Below, one piece after another: positions 9,809 through 20,499 of a stretch of 64,000 bases of DNA; positions within the stretch are counted from its first letter, which is position 1, and the number at the start of each line of letters is the position of its first letter. The notes under the pieces were generated by a model. The model saw only the letters and a list, made by a program, of their open reading frames with translations. It did no database searches and was not told the origin of the DNA. The translations under genes were made by a program, and so were the position numbers. Location of the stretch: contig CBDCUI010000007.1 of NCBI GenBank assembly GCA_965222615.1, positions 416,001-480,000 on the forward strand, given 5' to 3'. This stretch comes from Gammaproteobacteria bacterium (GTDB lineage: Bacteria > Pseudomonadota > Gammaproteobacteria > UBA4575).

Positions 9809-9944
9809 TATGAAAGCTCTGATTTATTAATGAACATGGCTGAGACGAGGCAAAGATATTTTTCAGAAGCGGAGTTTACAAGTTTGTAAATGAACATTAA
9901 AAAATATCTTTAACAAAGTATCAGAGTAAACCAGAGTTTTCTCA
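9809..9944 (+). repeat. Palindromic intergenic element family A, copy 1
   Basis: Arms gaaagctctgatttatt / agtaaaccagagttttc; core gaagcggagtttaca..tgtaaatgaacatt; between polA and thrB. Confidence 0.9.
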
Positions 9945-9976
9945 ATAGTTAAAATAAGAACCACACTTAATAAAGT

Positions 9977-10918
9977 ATGTCTGTCTATACAAACATCGAG
10001 CGCGATGAGCTTGAAACTTTTCTTAAAAACTATTCTCTCGGTGCCTTAATCAGCTTCGCAGGAATTAATGCCGGCATTGAGAATACCAATTACTTTGTGT
10101 CTACAGAAAATGGTGAATTTGTATTAACAATTTTTGAAGAGATCGGTTTTGATACTTTGCCCTATTATTTAAATTTAATGGCGCATTTATCAGATCACGG
10201 CATGCCAACTGCTCACCCCATTGCTGATCTGGATGGCAATTATTTACGCACGTTGAAAAATAAGCCTGCAGCAATTGTGCGACGCTTGGAAGGTCATAAC
10301 ATACTTGAACCTACACCGATACATTGTGCATGTGTAGGACATGCCTTAGCACAAATGCACATGGTTGGTGAATCTTTCAATGCAAAATTAGAGAATCCGC
10401 GCGGTATCGCTTGGGCTGAACATACTGCAAGTCGACTGGAAAATAAAATATCGAGAAATGAATTAAAGTTACTGCAAAATGAAGTTAACTATCGAAAACA
10501 AAATTTACCAACCGATTTGCCTAAAGGTGTGATTCATGCAGACTTATTTCGTGACAATGTCATGTTTAAAGACCACACATTAACTGGAATTATCGATTTT
10601 TATTATGCATGCAATGACTACTTACTTTACGACCTAGCGATAACGGTAAACGATTGGTGCAGCCTTGACAATGGTGAACTTAATGAAGAGTTATACAGTG
10701 CTTTAGTTAGCTCTTATCGTACAGAGCGTGCATTTCAGCTACGAGAAATTGATGCCTGGGAGTATATGCTGCGTGCAGCAACGCTTAGATTTTGGCTATC
10801 TCGTTTACAAGATAAACACTTTCCGAAAGACGGCCATATAACTCATATTAAAAATCCAGATGCCTTTAAAAACATTTTGTTATCGCGTATTAACAATGTG
10901 CCTAGTTTAAATATTTAA
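9977..10918 (+). CDS. thrB: Homoserine kinase type II
   Basis: MSVYT, GIENTNYF, GVIHADLFRDNV, IIDFYYAC, LRFWLSRL. Confidence 0.93.
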   Translation: MSVYTNIERDELETFLKNYSLGALISFAGINAGIENTNYFVSTENGEFVLTIFEEIGFDTLPYYLNLMAHLSDHGMPTAHPIADLDGNYLRTLKNKPAAIVRRLEGHNILEPTPIHCACVGHALAQMHMVGESFNAKLENPRGIAWAEHTASRLENKISRNELKLLQNEVNYRKQNLPTDLPKGVIHADLFRDNVMFKDHTLTGIIDFYYACNDYLLYDLAITVNDWCSLDNGELNEELYSALVSSYRTERAFQLREIDAWEYMLRAATLRFWLSRLQDKHFPKDGHITHIKNPDAFKNILLSRINNVPSLNI

Positions 10919-10938
10919 TTTCATCTTCATTAAACTAC

Positions 10939-11451
10939 TTGAAAATTAAATTAAAAAATTTATGCGATGCAATTGATGCGTTTAATGAACGTATTGGTCG
11001 AATTACCGCATGGGCACTGTTGTTGATGGTCGGCGTTACGTTTTTGGTCGTCGTTTTGCGCTATGGATTTAACTTTGGACGCATTGCCCTACAAGAGTCG
11101 ACAACCTATCTACACGCTTTTGTATTTATGATCGCTGGTGCTTACACATTAAAGCACAATGAACATGTGCGTGTTGATATTTTTTATCAGGATATGTCAC
11201 CAAGAAACAAAGCAAAGGTTGATTTATTCGGCAGTGTTTTTTTACTACTTCCTTTTACTTTGTTTATCCTATGGGTAAGTTTCGATTATGTTTTAAAGTC
11301 TTGGCAACTATTGGAACAATCTCGCGAAGCGGGTGGCTTACCTTTCGTATATATATTAAAAAGCTTTATACCGGTAATGGCAGGGCTTTTGTTCTTGCAG
11401 GCGCTTTCATTATGTGGACACGCATGGCTTTCACTGACTAAAGCAAAGTAA
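10939..11451 (+). CDS. TRAP transporter small permease (DctQ)
   Basis: Four TM segments, HVRVDIFY motif; precedes DctM. Confidence 0.9.
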   Translation: MKIKLKNLCDAIDAFNERIGRITAWALLLMVGVTFLVVVLRYGFNFGRIALQESTTYLHAFVFMIAGAYTLKHNEHVRVDIFYQDMSPRNKAKVDLFGSVFLLLPFTLFILWVSFDYVLKSWQLLEQSREAGGLPFVYILKSFIPVMAGLLFLQALSLCGHAWLSLTKAK

Positions 11452-11458
11452 AACTATT

Positions 11459-12838
11459 ATGGAAGTTATTGCGTTTATATTATTTCTAGCAGTGATTTTT
11501 GTATTACTGTTTGGTTATCCGGTCGCTTTTACACTAGGCGGTGTTTCCTTATTATTTGCTTTGCTTGGAGTACTGACTGGTACATTCGAGCCGGCCTTGC
11601 TACAAGCATTTCCTAGTCGCCTGTTTGGCATTATGACGAATGAAACGCTGATTGCTGTACCCTTATTTGTTTTCATGGGTGTAATGTTAAAGCAATCCAA
11701 TATTGCCGATGAGCTATTGGAAACCATGGCCTCGTTATTTGGGTCTTTACGCGGTGGACTAGGCGTATCGGTCATTTTAGTTGGAATGTTGCTTGCGGCA
11801 AGTACCGGGATTGTCGGCGCGACGGTAGTCACCATGGGCTTGCTATCACTTCCCACCATGCTGAAACGTGGCTATCAAGCAGAAGTTTCCACTGGGGTAA
11901 TTTGTGCCTCCGGTACGTTAGGTCAAATCATTCCACCATCCATTATTTTAGTCCTTCTTGGTGATGTGTTGTCATCGGCCTATCAGCAATCTCAACTTAG
12001 CCAAGGTAATTTTTCACCTGATACCGTTTCAGTGGGGGACTTATTTGTCGGTGCAATTATTCCAGGCTTGCTACTGGTATTCCTTTATCTTGTTTACTTA
12101 ATCTTTGTCGCCTGGTTTAAGCCTGAATATATGCCAGCGATTCCACAACAAAAAAGCATTAGTTTATCCGCATGGGTGAAACGCATTTCGCATGCGTTAC
12201 TACCACCCATTTTACTGATTGTTGCCGTATTAGGTTCAATAATTAAAGGTGTGGCGACGCCAACGGAAGCAGCATCTGTCGGTGCAGTCGGTGCAATATT
12301 ATTAGCACTATTTAATCGTAGACTGGATCTAAATTGCCTACGAGAAGTCATGCGAAGATCTATTCGTATCACGTGTATGGTGTTTATGATCTTTATCGGT
12401 GCTTCAATATTTTCATTGGTGTTTCGTGGCTATGGGGGAGACGAAGCAGTACATGCATTGTTAACCCAGTTACCTGGTGGGGCATTTGGCGCAATATTAG
12501 TGGTGATGGCATTAATGTTTGTGCTGGGCTTTATTTTAGATTTTATTGAAATTACGTTTGTAGTAGTTCCTATCGTAGGACCCGTGCTATTAACTTTAGG
12601 GGTTGACCCCGTTTGGTTAGGCATCATGATTGCAATAAATCTACAAACTTCTTTTTTAACGCCACCATTTGGATTTGCATTATTTTATTTGCGCGGAGTC
12701 GCACCCAAAGAAGTACAAACTAAACAAATCTACCGAGGCGTTGCACCTTTTATTGCAATACAAGTGTTTGCATTAGCAATGATCGCTACTTTTCCAGAAT
12801 TGGCTACCTGGCTTCCAGATAAAATTTATTCAAACTAA
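11459..12838 (+). CDS. TRAP transporter large permease (DctM)
   Basis: GYPVAFTL, SGTLGQIIPPS, ATPTEA, LTPPFG. Confidence 0.93.
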   Translation: MEVIAFILFLAVIFVLLFGYPVAFTLGGVSLLFALLGVLTGTFEPALLQAFPSRLFGIMTNETLIAVPLFVFMGVMLKQSNIADELLETMASLFGSLRGGLGVSVILVGMLLAASTGIVGATVVTMGLLSLPTMLKRGYQAEVSTGVICASGTLGQIIPPSIILVLLGDVLSSAYQQSQLSQGNFSPDTVSVGDLFVGAIIPGLLLVFLYLVYLIFVAWFKPEYMPAIPQQKSISLSAWVKRISHALLPPILLIVAVLGSIIKGVATPTEAASVGAVGAILLALFNRRLDLNCLREVMRRSIRITCMVFMIFIGASIFSLVFRGYGGDEAVHALLTQLPGGAFGAILVVMALMFVLGFILDFIEITFVVVPIVGPVLLTLGVDPVWLGIMIAINLQTSFLTPPFGFALFYLRGVAPKEVQTKQIYRGVAPFIAIQVFALAMIATFPELATWLPDKIYSN

Positions 12839-12880
12839 ACAGAGTCCAGCCATTAACTTACTATGTAACTCAATAGCTGG

Positions 12881-12949
12881 ATGAGTATTTCGAGACATTT
12901 TTTAACGCCCTAAAAAAATTAATTAAGGCAGAATAAATCAGCGTTTCTA
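12881..12949 (+). repeat. Family A element, partial copy 2 (right half)
   Basis: atgagtatttcgagacattttttaacgcc...ggcagaataaatcagcgtttcta matches the right half of copy 8. Confidence 0.8.
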
Positions 12950-12955
12950 GTATTT

Positions 12956-13195
12956 TTATTCGTATGGAGAGAAAGTCGGCACTAACTGTAAATACGCAAC
13001 CACGGTTAGCACTGCATAGCCAAGCCCAAATGCAATCATAATTCCACGATTCATGGCGGTAATGTCTTTACCTGAAGAACGAAATGGCAGCCATGTCACG
13101 TAAATTGCAAAAAGCAAATTAAAAAGAAAAAATATCTGCGTGGTATATTCTTTGGCATCCCACATGGTGCGCCATTTGACAAATAACTCTTCCAC
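12956..13195 (-). CDS. Small two-TM hypothetical membrane protein
   Basis: 79 aa, two hydrophobic helices, GGAGG SD upstream. Confidence 0.7.
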   Translation of the reverse strand: MEELFVKWRTMWDAKEYTTQIFFLFNLLFAIYVTWLPFRSSGKDITAMNRGIMIAFGLGYAVLTVVAYLQLVPTFSPYE

Positions 13196-13258
13196 TATAC
13201 TGCCTCCTTTCCTGTACTTTTTTTATGGTTATTATTCTATATTAACTATAGTTGTATT

Positions 13259-14368
13259 CTATCCTGTGCGTAAGTTCAAGTAGGCGCGTTCTGAAATATC
13301 TAGCCATGCACGTGATTTTTTAAAGAAATTGCTATACGAATCAAAGATCTTGCGTGCTAATGGATCGGTATATCCTAATTCTGCAGTGACTTCTGTAGAT
13401 AGTTCCGCTAGTTTTTTGATCACTTCTGCAGGTAATTCACGTAACTCGACATTATGTTCATTGACCAAAGTCTCTAACGCATCATTATTGCGCGCTATAT
13501 ATTCAGATAGCATATCTTGATTCGCGACACGACACGCATTAAGCACGATGCTCTGTAAATCGACAGGCAGCTCTTCAAAGGCTTTTTTATTGATAAAACA
13601 CTCTAGCGTCGTGCCGGGTTCATGCCAACCCGGGTAGTAATAATATTTGGCAATTTTATGAAATCCAAAGGCCAAATCATTATAAGGTCCTACCCATTCC
13701 GTAGCATCGATATTGCCGGATTGTAAAGAAGTAAATAATTCTCCACCGGGTAAATTTACCGGTGTTCCACCTGCTCGCTTTAATACTTCGCCTGCTAAAC
13801 CAGGAATACGCATCTTGAGGCCCTCTAGATCCTCTAATGTATTAATCTCTTTATTAAACCAGCCTGCCATTTGTACACCGGTGTTACCGGATGCTGCAGG
13901 CACCAAGCCAAACTGACCATAGGCTTCTTTCCAAAGCTCCATGCCACCACCGTGATATAACCAACTATTCATCTCCATTGCCGTCATACCAAATGGAGTG
14001 GTTGAAAAAAATTGCAAGGCAGAATACTTACCTTTCCAATAATAAGCCGAACCATGTCCCATCTGCGCAGAACCATTCGCCACCGCATCAAATATTTCAA
14101 ATGCAGGCACAAGTTCACCTGCCCCATATACCTTTACATTGATACGCCCATTGGACATAGCATTGATTTGCTCGGCCAAAAATTCAGCACCGGTTCCCAA
14201 ACCTGGAAAATTTTTCGGCCATGTAGTAACCATTTTCCAATCCCAAGTTTTACTAACTATGGCAGGCGCTTGTGTAGAGGTTGGCGAGCTTTCTTCTTTA
14301 CATGCCGTCAAACCTGCACCTAAGGCGGCACTTGCCCCTGCATACTGTAAAAATTTTCTTCTTTGCAT
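13259..14368 (-). CDS. TRAP substrate-binding protein (DctP, TakP-like), Tat lipoprotein
   Basis: RRKFL Tat motif, WKMVTTWPKNFPG, KMRIPG, YYYPGWHEP. Confidence 0.92.
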   Translation of the reverse strand: MQRRKFLQYAGASAALGAGLTACKEESSPTSTQAPAIVSKTWDWKMVTTWPKNFPGLGTGAEFLAEQINAMSNGRINVKVYGAGELVPAFEIFDAVANGSAQMGHGSAYYWKGKYSALQFFSTTPFGMTAMEMNSWLYHGGGMELWKEAYGQFGLVPAASGNTGVQMAGWFNKEINTLEDLEGLKMRIPGLAGEVLKRAGGTPVNLPGGELFTSLQSGNIDATEWVGPYNDLAFGFHKIAKYYYYPGWHEPGTTLECFINKKAFEELPVDLQSIVLNACRVANQDMLSEYIARNNDALETLVNEHNVELRELPAEVIKKLAELSTEVTAELGYTDPLARKIFDSYSNFFKKSRAWLDISERAYLNLRTG

Positions 14369-14414
14369 AATTACTTTGCCTATTACTAAATTAGTTACTA
14401 TCCATCCATGTTAA

Positions 14415-16583
14415 TCAAGCTAATACATCAAGATTAGCATAAGCGAGCACTAACCACTTACTTCCAACTTCTTCAAAATGTATTTGCACACGTGCACTAC
14501 TGCCTTTGCCTTCACAGTCTAATACTACACCTGCTCCAAATTTTGCATGTGCAACTCTTGCACCAATTTTAATCCCAGTTTCTTCTTCAAATGAATTGGT
14601 CTGCGTGACGTTACGCACGGGTTGAGTAACCATGGCACGAGGCCGTACCTCGGCAATTAACTCTGCTGGAATTTCACTGATAAAGCGTGATGGTGGGTTG
14701 TAATTATCGGACCCATATTGTCGTCTTGACTCAGCATAAGTAAGTACTAATTGTTGTCGTGCTCGCGTGATCCCCACATAACACAAACGCCGTTCTTCTT
14801 CTAAGCGTCCGGGTTCTTCCATCGACATACTGGAGGGAAACAATCCTTCTTCCAAGCCTACGATAAACACCAAAGGAAACTCTAGACCCTTGGCGGCATG
14901 TACAGTCATCAACTGTACACAATCATCCCACTGTGTACCCTGACCTTCACCCGCCTCTAGTGCTGCATGTGTCAAAAAGGCATCTAACGGCTGCATGTCT
15001 GCATATAATTCATCGTCGATATGAAAACCTCTAGCAGCTACCACCAGTTCCTCTAAGTTTTCCACACGTGATTTTGCCTTTTCACTGCTATCTTTGCCAT
15101 GAAAGGCCACTAAACCCGAAGCTTTAATAATATGATCGACTTGCTCGGATAATTCTAAGCTTTCCAAATCTTGGCTCAACTTAACTATGAGTTGTATAAA
15201 TGATTGCAATGCGTTGGATGCGCGTGCTGCCAATAAACTTGACTGCAATATTTTTTCAGCAGCTTGCCAAAGTGTTAATTGATGTTGTTTGGCAAAATCA
15301 CGCAACGTGGCAACCGTGCGTTGACCAATGCCGCGGGTAGGAACATTTATAATACGTTCAAATGACGGGGCATCAGCTGAATTTTTTGCTAGACGCAGAT
15401 AGGCAAGTGCATCTTTAATTTCTGCACGTTCAAAAAAGCGTAACCCACCATAAACACGATAGGGAATACTTTGCGAAATAAACACTTCTTCAAACACACG
15501 TGACTGTGCATTCGATCGATATAAAATGGCGATTTCATCACGCCTACCATTACATGTTTCTATCCAGTGTTTAATTTTATCTGCAACAAAACGCGCCTCA
15601 TCTTGCTCATTAAAGGCTGCATAGAGATAAATAGGCTCGCCATCATCACCATCCGTCCAAAGTTTTTTCCCCATGCGACTTTGATTATTATCGATTAAGG
15701 AATTTGCCGCAGACAATATGGTATTAGTAGAACGATAGTTTTGTTCTAACCGAAACACTTGTGTTTTTTTATAATCTTTTTCAAAGCTGTGAATGTTTTC
15801 TATGCGTGCACCACGCCAGCCATAAATGGATTGATCATCATCGCCTACCGCGAAAATAGGATTATGCTCACCTGCAAATGTTTTTAACCATTGGTATTGA
15901 ATCGAGTTAGTGTCTTGAAACTCATCTACTAAAATATGACGAAATTTTGTTTGGTAATGATTCAATATTTCAGCTTTTTGGGTTAATAATTCCAAACTGC
16001 GCAACAGTAATTCCGCAAAATCGACTAATCCGGTCTGTTCACAAGTTTCTTCATAAGTGCTATAGATGCGTATTAGCTGCCGATCTGTAACATCTCCATG
16101 ATCTTGCAAATCTTTGGGGCGCAAACCTTCTTCTTTACGACTGTTGATATACCAGCGCGCTTGTTTTGGTGGCCACTTGGCATCATCTAAACCTAAGCCA
16201 GTAATAATTCGCTTGACTAAGCGTAGTTGATCATCGCTATCCAATATCTGAAAATTTTGTTTAAGTCCGGCCTCTTGCCAATGAGCTCGCAACAAGCGGT
16301 GAGAAAGCCCATGAAAAGTGCCGATCCACATACCTGCAAGGCTTGAGTTCAAAAGACTTTCTACTCTTGCGCGCATCTCGGCCGCCGCTTTATTGGTAAA
16401 GGTAACTGCAAGAATGCTATACGGTGAGACCGATTCAACTTCACACAACCAGGCAATGCGATGCACTAACACACGTGTCTTGCCGCTGCCTGCTCCGGCA
16501 ATCACCAAGGCCGGTAACATTTCTGAAGCCACGGCTTCACGCTGTGCTTCGTTTAAAGGGTCAAGAATTGGCGATACATCCAT
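14415..16583 (-). CDS. uvrD: DNA helicase II
   Basis: AGAGSGKTRVL, VDEFQD, LEQNYRS, HAAKGLEF, EEERRL, KWLVLAYA C-terminus. Confidence 0.97.
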   Translation of the reverse strand: MDVSPILDPLNEAQREAVASEMLPALVIAGAGSGKTRVLVHRIAWLCEVESVSPYSILAVTFTNKAAAEMRARVESLLNSSLAGMWIGTFHGLSHRLLRAHWQEAGLKQNFQILDSDDQLRLVKRIITGLGLDDAKWPPKQARWYINSRKEEGLRPKDLQDHGDVTDRQLIRIYSTYEETCEQTGLVDFAELLLRSLELLTQKAEILNHYQTKFRHILVDEFQDTNSIQYQWLKTFAGEHNPIFAVGDDDQSIYGWRGARIENIHSFEKDYKKTQVFRLEQNYRSTNTILSAANSLIDNNQSRMGKKLWTDGDDGEPIYLYAAFNEQDEARFVADKIKHWIETCNGRRDEIAILYRSNAQSRVFEEVFISQSIPYRVYGGLRFFERAEIKDALAYLRLAKNSADAPSFERIINVPTRGIGQRTVATLRDFAKQHQLTLWQAAEKILQSSLLAARASNALQSFIQLIVKLSQDLESLELSEQVDHIIKASGLVAFHGKDSSEKAKSRVENLEELVVAARGFHIDDELYADMQPLDAFLTHAALEAGEGQGTQWDDCVQLMTVHAAKGLEFPLVFIVGLEEGLFPSSMSMEEPGRLEEERRLCYVGITRARQQLVLTYAESRRQYGSDNYNPPSRFISEIPAELIAEVRPRAMVTQPVRNVTQTNSFEEETGIKIGARVAHAKFGAGVVLDCEGKGSSARVQIHFEEVGSKWLVLAYANLDVLA

Positions 16584-16594
16584 AATTAATTCAT

Positions 16595-16727
16595 GAAACT
16601 TTGATTTATCCTGATACGTCGTTAAAAAATGATCTCGAAATGCTCATGTATGTCCCATATACACTGCGCGTTCTCGACATTTTTTGCCTCGTCTCAGTCA
16701 TTGCATTAATAAATCAAAGTTTCCTTA
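16595..16727 (-). repeat. Family A element, copy 3
   Basis: Perfect 15-bp arms gaaactttgatttat / ataaatcaaagtttc; shared core; between ubiB and uvrD. Confidence 0.92.
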
Positions 16728-16743
16728 AGTACTGACAGAATTA

Positions 16744-18306
16744 CTAGAAATACCAGAGGGCAAATAAGATTACTGCACCTGTAAGAACCCATACGTAAAT
16801 TAAATTGCGGTTTGATTTTTTAATTTCTTTTCTAATTTCTTCAAGTTCTTGACTATGCCATGCAAGCTTGGCTTCTCCTTGCTCAAATTTTTTCATAGCC
16901 GAATAAATCAAATCGGGCATTTCAGGTAAACGCTCTGCCATACGTGGTAATTGTTTACGTAAACTAGATGCCAATGCACGTAATCCGACTTGTTCACTCA
17001 TCCAGCGGTCTAGAAACGGTTTTGCGGTTACCCAAAGATCTAGATCAGGATCTAACTGTCGGCCCAGACCTTCAATATTCAATAATGTCTTTTGTAACAA
17101 AACTAATTGCGGTTGTACTTCCATATTGAAACGTCGTGCCGTTTGAAATAGACGCAATAATAAATTGCCAAATGAAATTTCACTCAAAGGTCGTTGGAAA
17201 ATAGGTTCACATACGGTACGAATTGCAGACTCAAACTGATCAACACGTGTATCAGAAGGCACCCAGCCAGATTCTAAATGTAATTCAGCAACTCGACGAT
17301 AATCACGATTTAAAAATGCCAATAGATTTTCTGCCAGGTAACGCTGATCCGAAGGTGACAATGTCCCCATGATGCCAAAATCGACTCCCACATATTTTGG
17401 ATCTTCGGGATTATCGTAAGAAACAAAAATATTACCCGGATGCATATCGGCATGGAAAAAATTATGGCTGAAAACTTGAGTAAAAAAGATATGACTACCA
17501 CGATCGGATAATTTTTTAAGATTTACTCCATGTGCACGCAAAGCTTCGATGTCGTTAACCGGTATTCCCTTTATACGTTCCAGTACCATGACATTTCTAC
17601 GGCATAAATTGAAATAAACTTCTGGCACATAAAGATCGTTTGAATTTTCAAAATTCCTACGCAGTTGGTTGGCATTTGCCGCCTCGCGCATTAAATCCAG
17701 CTCATCCATAATGATTTGTTCATATTCTTTTACGACTTCTTTGGGTCGAAGCCGACGCCCATCTTCCCAATAGCGATGCGCAATTGATGCTAATGCATGC
17801 ATTAGCTCTAAATCTTTACGGACGCGTTTCTCAATTTCTGGGCGCAACACTTTTACAACTACCTTAGTGCCGTCATGAAGTGTTGCGGCATGCACTTGGG
17901 CGATCGAAGCCGATGCCATGGGTTCCACACTAAATTCTGCAAAAGCGGTCTGTACTGACTGTTTTAGTGCCTTTTCAATAAGGTCTTTGGCGATCTCACC
18001 TGAAAAAGGCGGAACTTGATCTTGCAATTTTGCCAGTTCATTGGCGATGTCTTCGGATAGCAAATCGCGGCGTGTTGACAGCGCTTGACCAAACTTTACA
18101 AAGATAGGGCCAAGGTCTTCCAGTGCACGTCGGATGCGTGCACCATGGCTAATTTCCAGCTTACGAAACCAATGCCAAGGCAAAAGAAATAGCAAAAAAC
18201 GGATGGGGCGGAAAAAAGGCACTGCTAGCAGCACCTCTTCCAATCCATGACGTACTAAAACGACATTAATATGCAGAATGCGGAATAGTAGGCGAATATA
18301 GCGCAT
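16744..18306 (-). CDS. ubiB: Ubiquinone biosynthesis protein kinase UbiB
   Basis: LGPIFVKFGQ, SASIAQVH, FFHADMHPGN, DFGI; ubiE-ubiJ-ubiB order. Confidence 0.96.
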   Translation of the reverse strand: MRYIRLLFRILHINVVLVRHGLEEVLLAVPFFRPIRFLLFLLPWHWFRKLEISHGARIRRALEDLGPIFVKFGQALSTRRDLLSEDIANELAKLQDQVPPFSGEIAKDLIEKALKQSVQTAFAEFSVEPMASASIAQVHAATLHDGTKVVVKVLRPEIEKRVRKDLELMHALASIAHRYWEDGRRLRPKEVVKEYEQIIMDELDLMREAANANQLRRNFENSNDLYVPEVYFNLCRRNVMVLERIKGIPVNDIEALRAHGVNLKKLSDRGSHIFFTQVFSHNFFHADMHPGNIFVSYDNPEDPKYVGVDFGIMGTLSPSDQRYLAENLLAFLNRDYRRVAELHLESGWVPSDTRVDQFESAIRTVCEPIFQRPLSEISFGNLLLRLFQTARRFNMEVQPQLVLLQKTLLNIEGLGRQLDPDLDLWVTAKPFLDRWMSEQVGLRALASSLRKQLPRMAERLPEMPDLIYSAMKKFEQGEAKLAWHSQELEEIRKEIKKSNRNLIYVWVLTGAVILFALWYF

Positions 18307-18311
18307 TGATG

Positions 18312-18920
18312 TTATTGGTTGATCGTTTGTAAGAGTCGCTGAGTACGAGCCTCAAGTCGATCGAGATCGGCTTGTAATTGATCCACGTCTTTTAAAAACT
18401 TATCTATCTCAATTTTTGTAGGCATAAGGCGCGATTCTTCTTGTAAATACTCACCAACATCTAACTTGAAATTTTCTACCGAACGTTGTTTATAGTCTTT
18501 TATGCGTCTTGAAAAATTGCCTAACTGATAGGCAAAGGCATCGCCTACATATTTTGACGCAACTTCTTCCCAGTCGATATCAATATTCATAAATACTTCT
18601 CTCACTTGAGTAGCAAACTCTATATCGCCATCAACCTTTAACAATTCATTATTTAACATAGACTGATAATCTGCACCGAAAGCCAAACGCAATAGTGAAA
18701 TTGCATCAGTAGAAATCGTTGTGTTTATATTATTTTCTTCCTCATCTGAATACGAAGATACGACTAATGTTGATTGAGCAATTTTAATAAGAAATTTTTG
18801 CTTAATATCCGTTAATGAAAGCAATAAATACTGGCCATCAAATGCTTTTAGCGAAGCGGAAATTTCTGGATCAGTATCGAGATACTTTTGAATCGCATTA
18901 TTGATAAATTTGAGCAACAT
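18312..18920 (-). CDS. ubiJ: Ubiquinone biosynthesis accessory factor UbiJ
   Basis: SCP2-like domain, DIDWEE..VGD, EYLQEE, DRLEAR; synteny. Confidence 0.88.
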   Translation of the reverse strand: MLLKFINNAIQKYLDTDPEISASLKAFDGQYLLLSLTDIKQKFLIKIAQSTLVVSSYSDEEENNINTTISTDAISLLRLAFGADYQSMLNNELLKVDGDIEFATQVREVFMNIDIDWEEVASKYVGDAFAYQLGNFSRRIKDYKQRSVENFKLDVGEYLQEESRLMPTKIEIDKFLKDVDQLQADLDRLEARTQRLLQTINQ

Positions 18921-18927
18921 ATTACTT

Positions 18928-19677
18928 TCAGGCACAAAGTTTATAACCACGATGAATACAAACGAGTCCGCCAGATAAATTTATAAAATCACATTGTTCA
19001 AACCCTACATCTTCTAACATAGTTTGCAAAGTTTGTTGATCAGGGTGTTTACGAATAGACTCTGCTAAATATTTATAACTTTCTTCATCTTTGGCAATGA
19101 TTTTCCCCATACGCGGTAAAAGATTAAACGAGTAGTTATCATATAAAGCCTGCATCCACTTTTGCGGTTTGGAAAATTCCAGAATTAGTAATTGCCCACC
19201 TGGTTTAATTACACGAAAGATTGAACATAATGCTTGATCTTTGTCAGTAAAGTTACGTAATCCAAACGCAAGGGTTACCCGATCAAAATGATTTTCAGGG
19301 TAAGGCAAGTTCTCTGCATAACTTTGTACATAGAAAATATTTTTTAGCAAGCCTCGATCAATAAGACGATGCCGACCTTCTTCTAACATCGCGGCATTTG
19401 CATCACACATGATGACCATACCTCTATCATTCAACTTAGGTGCGAATGCTGCAGTAATGTCGCCAGTGCCCGCGGCTAAATCTAGAACTTGGTGGTCCGG
19501 CCGAATATTTGCAATATGGGTAAAATAACGCTTCCACATACGATGCATACCGAGTGACATGACATCATTCATGACATCGTATTTACCCGCCACCGAATCA
19601 AAAACCGCGCCTACCTTTTGCGTCTTTTCTTCAGGGCTTACGTCTTGATAGCCAAAGTGTGTGGTTTTATCAGGCAT
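18928..19677 (-). CDS. ubiE: Ubiquinone/menaquinone methyltransferase UbiE
   Basis: TTHFGYQ, YDVMNDVMSLG, LDLAAGTGD, YKYLAESI. Confidence 0.97.
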   Translation of the reverse strand: MPDKTTHFGYQDVSPEEKTQKVGAVFDSVAGKYDVMNDVMSLGMHRMWKRYFTHIANIRPDHQVLDLAAGTGDITAAFAPKLNDRGMVIMCDANAAMLEEGRHRLIDRGLLKNIFYVQSYAENLPYPENHFDRVTLAFGLRNFTDKDQALCSIFRVIKPGGQLLILEFSKPQKWMQALYDNYSFNLLPRMGKIIAKDEESYKYLAESIRKHPDQQTLQTMLEDVGFEQCDFINLSGGLVCIHRGYKLCA

Positions 19678-19813
19678 CTTAATCTAATGTCTTATTCTTC
19701 TAGTACTTACAGTTTAAACAAAATTAGCCTGTAATAGTGAATAAGATTTAATACTGCTAGGATTAGATTGTATTACGTCCTGTGAGGTTAAATTATATGA
19801 GGGATTTAACCCT

Positions 19814-19843
19814 TTATGATGCTTTCAACTAAAAGCGCACAAT
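19814..19843. repeat. 11-8-11 palindromic site (family P), left boundary of the small-gene array
   Basis: ttatgatgctt-tcaactaa-aagcgcacaat. Confidence 0.5.
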
Positions 19844-19884
19844 CAATATTAGGCTAAATAATTCATTCAAATAGAGTTTCTGAA

Positions 19885-20433
19885 ATGGGCAAAGTTTACG
19901 ACCAAATAGATTCTGACATGGCTAGTTGGATAAGGCAGCAGAAAGTATTTTTTGTTGCCACTGCCCCGTTGTCAGCGGACGGCCACATTAATTGTTCTCC
20001 TAAGGGTGGTGACACTTTCTACATAATTGATCCGCATACAATCGCTTACTTAGATTTTACAGGAAGTGGAATAGAAACAGTTGCTCACATCAAAGAAAAT
20101 AAACGAATACTTGTTATGTTTTGCGCTTTCGAAGGAGCACCAAAAATCTTACGTCTGCATGGCGAGGGAGAAGTTATTTTACCTGGTGATGTAGAGTATA
20201 AGAAATTAATTGAAAACTTCTCGCCATATAATGGCTCAAGATCAATCATTAAAGTTAATGTCAAACGCATTAGTGATGCATGTGGATTTGGCGTGCCGAT
20301 TATGCAATTCAAATCTCACAGAGATGACCTAAAACGTTGGGCCGAAACTAGAAGTACAGATGAACTTGCACAATTTCGTACTGATAAAAACATGATAAGT
20401 ATCGATGGACTACCAGGTCTTAACGAGAATTAA
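19885..20433 (+). CDS. Pyridoxamine 5'-phosphate oxidase-family FMN-binding protein
   Basis: FFVATAPL..GHINCSPKG, YLDFTGSGIET, FCAFEGAP, CGFGVP. Confidence 0.88.
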   Translation: MGKVYDQIDSDMASWIRQQKVFFVATAPLSADGHINCSPKGGDTFYIIDPHTIAYLDFTGSGIETVAHIKENKRILVMFCAFEGAPKILRLHGEGEVILPGDVEYKKLIENFSPYNGSRSIIKVNVKRISDACGFGVPIMQFKSHRDDLKRWAETRSTDELAQFRTDKNMISIDGLPGLNEN

Positions 20434-20458
20434 TGTATCGAATAACCCATATTAGGAA

Positions 20459-20488
20459 AAAGTCAGAATAATCATAAAAGTGCATTCT
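20459..20488. repeat. Degenerate family P site
   Basis: aaagtcagaat-aatcataa-aagtgcattct. Confidence 0.3.
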
Positions 20489-20499
20489 ATATAAAAAAT

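Noticed and set aside
9674-9889. Short ORFs running through repeats (9674-9889, 26471-26701, 26514-26708, 41819-42025, 49278-49481, 49342-49530)
   Set aside because: They are read-throughs of the palindromic elements, with no RBS or recognisable domain.
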